64,000 nucleotides of DNA from the human T2T-CHM13v2.0 reference genome, Homo sapiens, in assembly GCF_009914755.1 (NCBI RefSeq), contig NC_060927.1. The stretch is one strand, 5' to 3'. Positions 58,478 to 64,000 of this stretch are shown here, in pieces; the stretch's first letter is position 1, and every line of letters starts with the position of its first letter. A program made the position numbers and the translations under genes. The notes under the pieces were generated by a model. That model ran no database searches. It saw only the letters and a list, made by a program, of their open reading frames with translations, and had not been told where the DNA came from.

Positions 58478-58862
58478 TGTCTTTGTCCATCAGCTGTAAC
58501 AGAATACCTGAGACTGGGTAATTTGTAAAGACTATAAATTTATTTCTCATGGTTCTGGAGGCTGGGAAATTCAAGGTCAAGGGGCCCACATCTGGCGAGG
58601 GACTTGCAGCATCATCCCAGTGTGGAAGGTGGAAGGGCAAGAGCACGTGGTGGGTGGGGAGGAGAGGGAGCCAGGCTTATCCTTTTATCAGGCACCCACT
58701 CCTCACTGCAGTGATAACACACCCTTTCCTGCAATAATGGCATTAATTTATTCATGAGGGCAGGGCCATCATGACCTAACACCTCCTAAAGGTCCCACCT
58801 CTCAACACTGTTGCTTTGGGGATTAAGATTCCAACACACGAACTTTGGGCAATACCATAGCA
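58478..58862 (-). mobile_element. MSTC/MSTD-like solo LTR
   Basis: aacagaatacctgagactgggtaattt...aaaggtcccacctctcaacactgttgc...accatagca. TSD agggt/aaggt. Confidence 0.85.
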
Positions 58863-60119
58863 AAGGTGTAACTGGAAAAAAATCACACTTAGAGGGGGAA
58901 GAATATCACGAGCTTGGCTTAGATCATTCTCATATGCCTGAGAATGTTGAGATATTGAGTGGGCAGTTGGGTATGTGGATCCAACATTTAAGAAGTGGTG
59001 TGAGCTCAATGTATTAAATTGGAAGTCACTGATATCTAGCTGGTACTTAAAGCCATGAGGCCAGATGATATTACCCAAGAAGTGAGTCCAAATGGAAAAG
59101 AGTACAGAACAACCAAAAAATGTGTCCCAGGGCATTCTAATACCTCTTCAAAATGGTAAATGATGACATCTGCAAAATGGAAGTAATAATATTGTATCTC
59201 ATTGAGCTGTGAGGTTTGAAGAATGAATACATGGAAAAAGCACCAAGCTCGTATGTCCTAGCACACAGTGTAAATATTAAGTAAATTTAAATGAAGCCAA
59301 ACTACCCAGTTGAAGGCAATAATTCCTATCAACCAGAGCAGATAATAAGGCCTAGAAGGGTTTAGGTGTTTCCTGTTTAATGTCATAGTGCCCAGGAGTT
59401 TTAGAGATGAGATTTAAACCCAGGTTTTGTAACTCTAAATCACGTATTTTGTCTTTGGTTGCCACGTGGTTTCCTGTTGATGAACAAGTCACATACCTAT
59501 CTTCAAGGAGCTTACACTTTAGTAGTGGGAGCGATAAGGCAGTGTATAAATTTTAAAAGATTTAAGTGACAGTCCAAAATGTGAAGAGTCTTAGATCTTG
59601 TGTCCTACAAGCCCTGGCTGTGGGAACCCTGGGTCTCCTATTCATGTCCAGGCTGTGAGATGTGGCCCAGTCGATCCTGCCTTCTTGTGAGGTCCTCATG
59701 GTTATTCATGGAGAGACAGTTATGAAGATTTTCCCTCTCTAATTATTAGGCCAACTGGAATACTGGGTCTGGCATTATTCACTGTACCAGCTTGGAATTC
59801 AAGAACGATTTTAGGTGACCATCATCAACTTCTCCTACTTAAACACAGTGCCTGGCCAGTCAAGTCTCCTTCATGGGAAAGCCTTACACTTTTTTAGCCT
59901 TTTTGAACAGTTTCTTTGCATGCTGGTGGGGGAATGCCTGTGGATGAAAGTTTTTTCTTTTGCTCTAGGGACAGAGTCAGGCTGGCTTTGTGTAAGCAAA
60001 GTTGGTAAAAGCAACTTGTGATTAAATGACACATTCCAAGGTCTTGAAGCTTCCTAGATCAGAACTAGAACCACATAGAAATGCCAATTTTGGGTCTGTG
60101 GCAGCATGTCATATGGCAG

Positions 60120-60340
60120 TTGGCTTTCACATCTTCCTCCTTTCATTCTTATAATAATGTGATAGAGCTTGTGGGGCTTGTATTCATTATCGGTATCCTC
60201 ATTTTAGAGTAGAGGAAACTGGAGCTCAGAAAGATTCTACATCTTGCTTACAGCACTATAGCTAGGAAATGATGGACCAAAGGTTTGAACCCAAACTTTC
60301 AGATTCCACATTATCAGCTCTCATCATAGGAACATGCTAT
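60120..60340 (-). mobile_element. MIR
   Basis: atcctcattttagagtagaggaaactggagctcagaaag...ggtttgaaccca. Confidence 0.75.
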
Positions 60341-60482
60341 TGATTACTCTTTGGTGATTTGCTGTCATTGCATAGCAAGGTAGTAACCAGACCTTCTGAT
60401 TCCATGATCCCAGTATATAGTCTACATACTGCAGTAACATGCAATCTCTCAGGATCAAAACAATCTTTAAGAAGTGCTTTTC

Positions 60483-60790
<308 letters not shown>

Positions 60791-62561
60791 AGGGTTTTTA
60801 TTATTTTTCTAATAACCTTCCTGGGGTGGGATTTATAATGGACTCACACGATCCTGAAATTTTCTCTACAGTAAGAAACATAATTTTGATGTTCTGTTTT
60901 AGAAATGCTGGTTTTCAGTGGCCATAGACATTCTCCAACATCCAGAAACACTTATCTACACGATCCCACAGTATCTTTCTCAAAAGGATTGATCGACTCA
61001 TGGGTTTTCCTTTTCACCAAATTGAATCAGCTGTTGATTTGGCATTATTAAATGCCACTTAAGAGCCTACACATGTAATGTCTACATCCGTAATCCACCC
61101 CAGATAAAAGTTCTCAAATGTCAGTAGTCACCCACATGCTATTCAAAACCCCAAATCCACACTGGTCCCACACTTTCATGACTGCCTTTTTCACTCCCCA
61201 CATAAACATTCATTGTTTTCTAAATGTCCTTGTTATGCCAGCCAAAAATAAGTATCCACTCACAGCAACCCACTCAGAAAAAGTTTTCACTTCAATTCTT
61301 TTTCCAAATGTTCAAAGGGGGGATGGATATCACAGAATTTGAGACCCAGCAGCTGATTTTGATAAGGCCTATTGGATTCATTTTTTTCTTCCATATAATT
61401 GGTTAAGAAAGAAATATAAGCATTTCCCTAACTAAAAACCAAGGCAAGATTACTTAGACTATCCCAAGTACAGTTTGTTCTATAGACAAAAAACCTGCCT
61501 CGTCTCCATGGAAGTTGATTTTTTTTTTGTAGAAATTGATGGAGGATTTGCAATCCCGATATCCTGCTGGTCACTTCTCTAATATGCTTTAAGGACAGGA
61601 GAGAAAACCAGCATCCCCTCAATTAGTTCTTTCCTGGTAATATTTTATCACTGTACAAATGGGCCAGAAAGTGGCTTTGAGCTGAAAACCTGGAGCCCCA
61701 CAAAGACACAACAGTACTATTTAATGTCTGCCAACTAACCACCAAGCCTTGGAATCATCCAACTAATGAGACAAAGAAATAGCATGGCACTGAGAATGCT
61801 GTCGGACTTGCTGGTGGATATCCTTCCTGCTAATTTGCAGTGGAAAAGCGGGGGGCAGGGGGACATTAAAATTACCTCTGTAGTCATTTTATCTGCAGAA
61901 AAAGTGAACTTTTGGAAGCAAGGAAGACCAGTGTTCACTCTGCCTGCCAAACTCCCATCACACCAACAAGCCATGCATTCCTGATGCCCAGCGTCACAGA
62001 CACTGCAAGCACCTGCAACTATTTTTCTTCCCTATTTATTCTGCCTCTTTCCTTCCTTCCCTTTGTTCTGGGGCAAACATTAGCAGTTAAACTTATTTAG
62101 CTATTAAAATTCTCATTCTATGTTTTAAGAAGATTATTTATGGGATGGAAAAATATTTATAACAAATAATTAGTGAAAACAGGTTTCAAAAAAAGTAGGT
62201 AATGCATGATCCCAGTTTTACTGTGGAAAAGAAAGAATGTCTAGAAGAATATCAAAACATTAACAGGGATCTAAAGAGACATTATGCAATCAGGAGTGAT
62301 TTTAATATGCTTTTTTTTGGTTTTAACTAAATCTTTCTCAATTTTACAAAAGAAACATTTGGTACTTAAAAATTACACATTATCAGGCCATTGCCATCAA
62401 TTTGACAAACATTGGTTGCCTACATACTGTGGGACCTTGTAATGCATGCTAAAATAATATGAAAGGAAAGAGGGTTCCTTGTCTTCCATAGACTTACAGT
62501 CTAGTTAGTTGGCCAGAAGACAAATAATATAGAGGTAGTCAAAATATGGTGAAAGATACTT

Positions 62562-64000
62562 CTAATTTTTAAATAAACTTATAAACATAGAGTACTTTTA
62601 GATATACAGAAAAAATTGAGCAGACGGAACAGAGATCTCCTATAGAATCCACATCCACTTTCCTCTATTATCTTCTTATGTTAATATAGCACATTTGTCA
62701 TAATTAATGAACTGATATTTATACACTACTATGAACTAATTCCCATCTTTTATTTAGATCTCCTTAGTTTTTCCTCTAATGCTCTTTTTCTGTTCCAGGA
62801 TCCCATCCAGGATACCACATTACATTTAGTTGTCATATCTTCTTAGGATCCTCTAGGTTGTGACAATTTCTTAGACTTCTCTTGTATTTGATAACCTTGA
62901 TAAATTTAAGGAGTACTTGTGAGGTATTTTGCAGAGTGTTTCTCAATGGGTGATATGGTTTGGCTCTGTGTCCGCACCCAAATCTCATCTCAAATTGTAA
63001 CCCCCATATATGTAGAAAGGGACCTGGTGGGAGGCGACTGGATCATGGGGACAGTTTCCCCCATACTGTTATGTGATAGTGAGTTCTCATGAGAGCTGAT
63101 GGTTTTGTAAGTGGTGGTTTTGCCTGCTCTCTTTTTATCCTGCTGCCTTGCGAAAAAGGTGCCTTGCTTCCTTTCATCTTTCACCATGATTGTAAGTTTC
63201 CTGAGGCCTCCCCAGCCATACAGCACTCTGAGTCAATTAAACCTCTTTATTAATTACTCAGTCTCAGGGAAGTTCTTTATAGCTGTGTGAAAACAGACTA
63301 ATACAATTAGGAGTTTGTCTGATATTTGTCTCATGATTAGACTGGAGTTACTGTTTTTTAAGAGGAAGATTACATAGACAATCTTTCACCATATGATATG
63401 CCACTTTCACCATATCATATCAAGGATGCATGTTTTCAACATGTCTTAATCACTGTTATTGTTAACCTTTGTCACCTGGTTGGCTGAGTTATTGTTTGTC
63501 AGTTTTCTCCAATGTAAAGTTACTATTTTTCCCCTATCCACACTGTAAATGCTCTTTGGAAGGAAGTCACTATGCATAGCTCACACTTAAGAAGTGAGGA
63601 GTGGTACTGCACCTGTTTAAGGGCACAGTATGCACATAAATTATTTGGAATTCTTCTCATGGGAGGTTTTGCTTCTCTACATGTATTTGTCTATTCAATT
63701 ATTTATGTATACTAGTATGGACTCATGGATGTTTATTTTATACTGTGGGTCATAAACCAATACTACTTTATTTACTTTGTTGCTGAAATTTTCTCAGCTT
63801 TGGCCACTGGGAGCTTTTTCACCGCCCCTGTGACATGCCCCCAGTGTTGTGGTGTGTGTGTGTGTGTGTGTATGTATGTGTGTGTTTTAGCACTTCCTTA
63901 TTTTCTGGTATTACAACATGCTCCAGGCTTATCTTGTATATTTCTTGCCTCAGTTCTAAAGTCAGCCATTTTTCCAAGGATCCCTGGTTCCCTTTGCTGG
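62562..64000 (-). mobile_element. L1MD/L1MC-type 3'UTR interrupted by THE1D, running off the window
   Basis: ctgttccaggatcccatccaggataccacattacatttagttgtcat...ctttggaaggaagtcactatg. (TG)n at ~63851-63884. Confidence 0.85.
62951..63305 (+). mobile_element. THE1D solo LTR
   Basis: tgatatggtttggctctgtgtcc...aacagactaataca. Confidence 0.92.

Overview
Primate genomic DNA, probably from an ape: it carries AluJ/S/Y, L1PA3/4-like LINEs, THE1/MST/MLT LTRs and MER61. The window is intergenic or deep-intronic and dominated by transposable elements. I found no CpG island, no recognisable host exon, no RNA gene and nothing prokaryotic. Main elements are: a decayed two-LTR class III (ERVL, LTR47-like) provirus on the minus strand at 3.0-7.4 kb, with gag/RT/RNase H/integrase remnants and a possible env-TM remnant; a complete THE1D MaLR at 27.2-31.8 kb whose two LTRs were each hit by an L1-mediated insertion at the same site; five 5'-truncated L1PA copies, four with clear TSDs, including one 5'-inverted copy that keeps a 580-codon RT ORF; and a 5'-inverted L1MA9-like copy. 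Solo LTRs, Alus, MIR/L2 and DNA-transposon fossils fill much of the rest. All long ORFs are retroelement-derived. I cannot support a new biological system. The best leads are an unexplained coding-like segment at 23.4-24.0 kb, several unusual insertion junctions and a few repeat-free motif-dense blocks. Subfamily names come from recalled consensus sequences, not from a RepeatMasker run.
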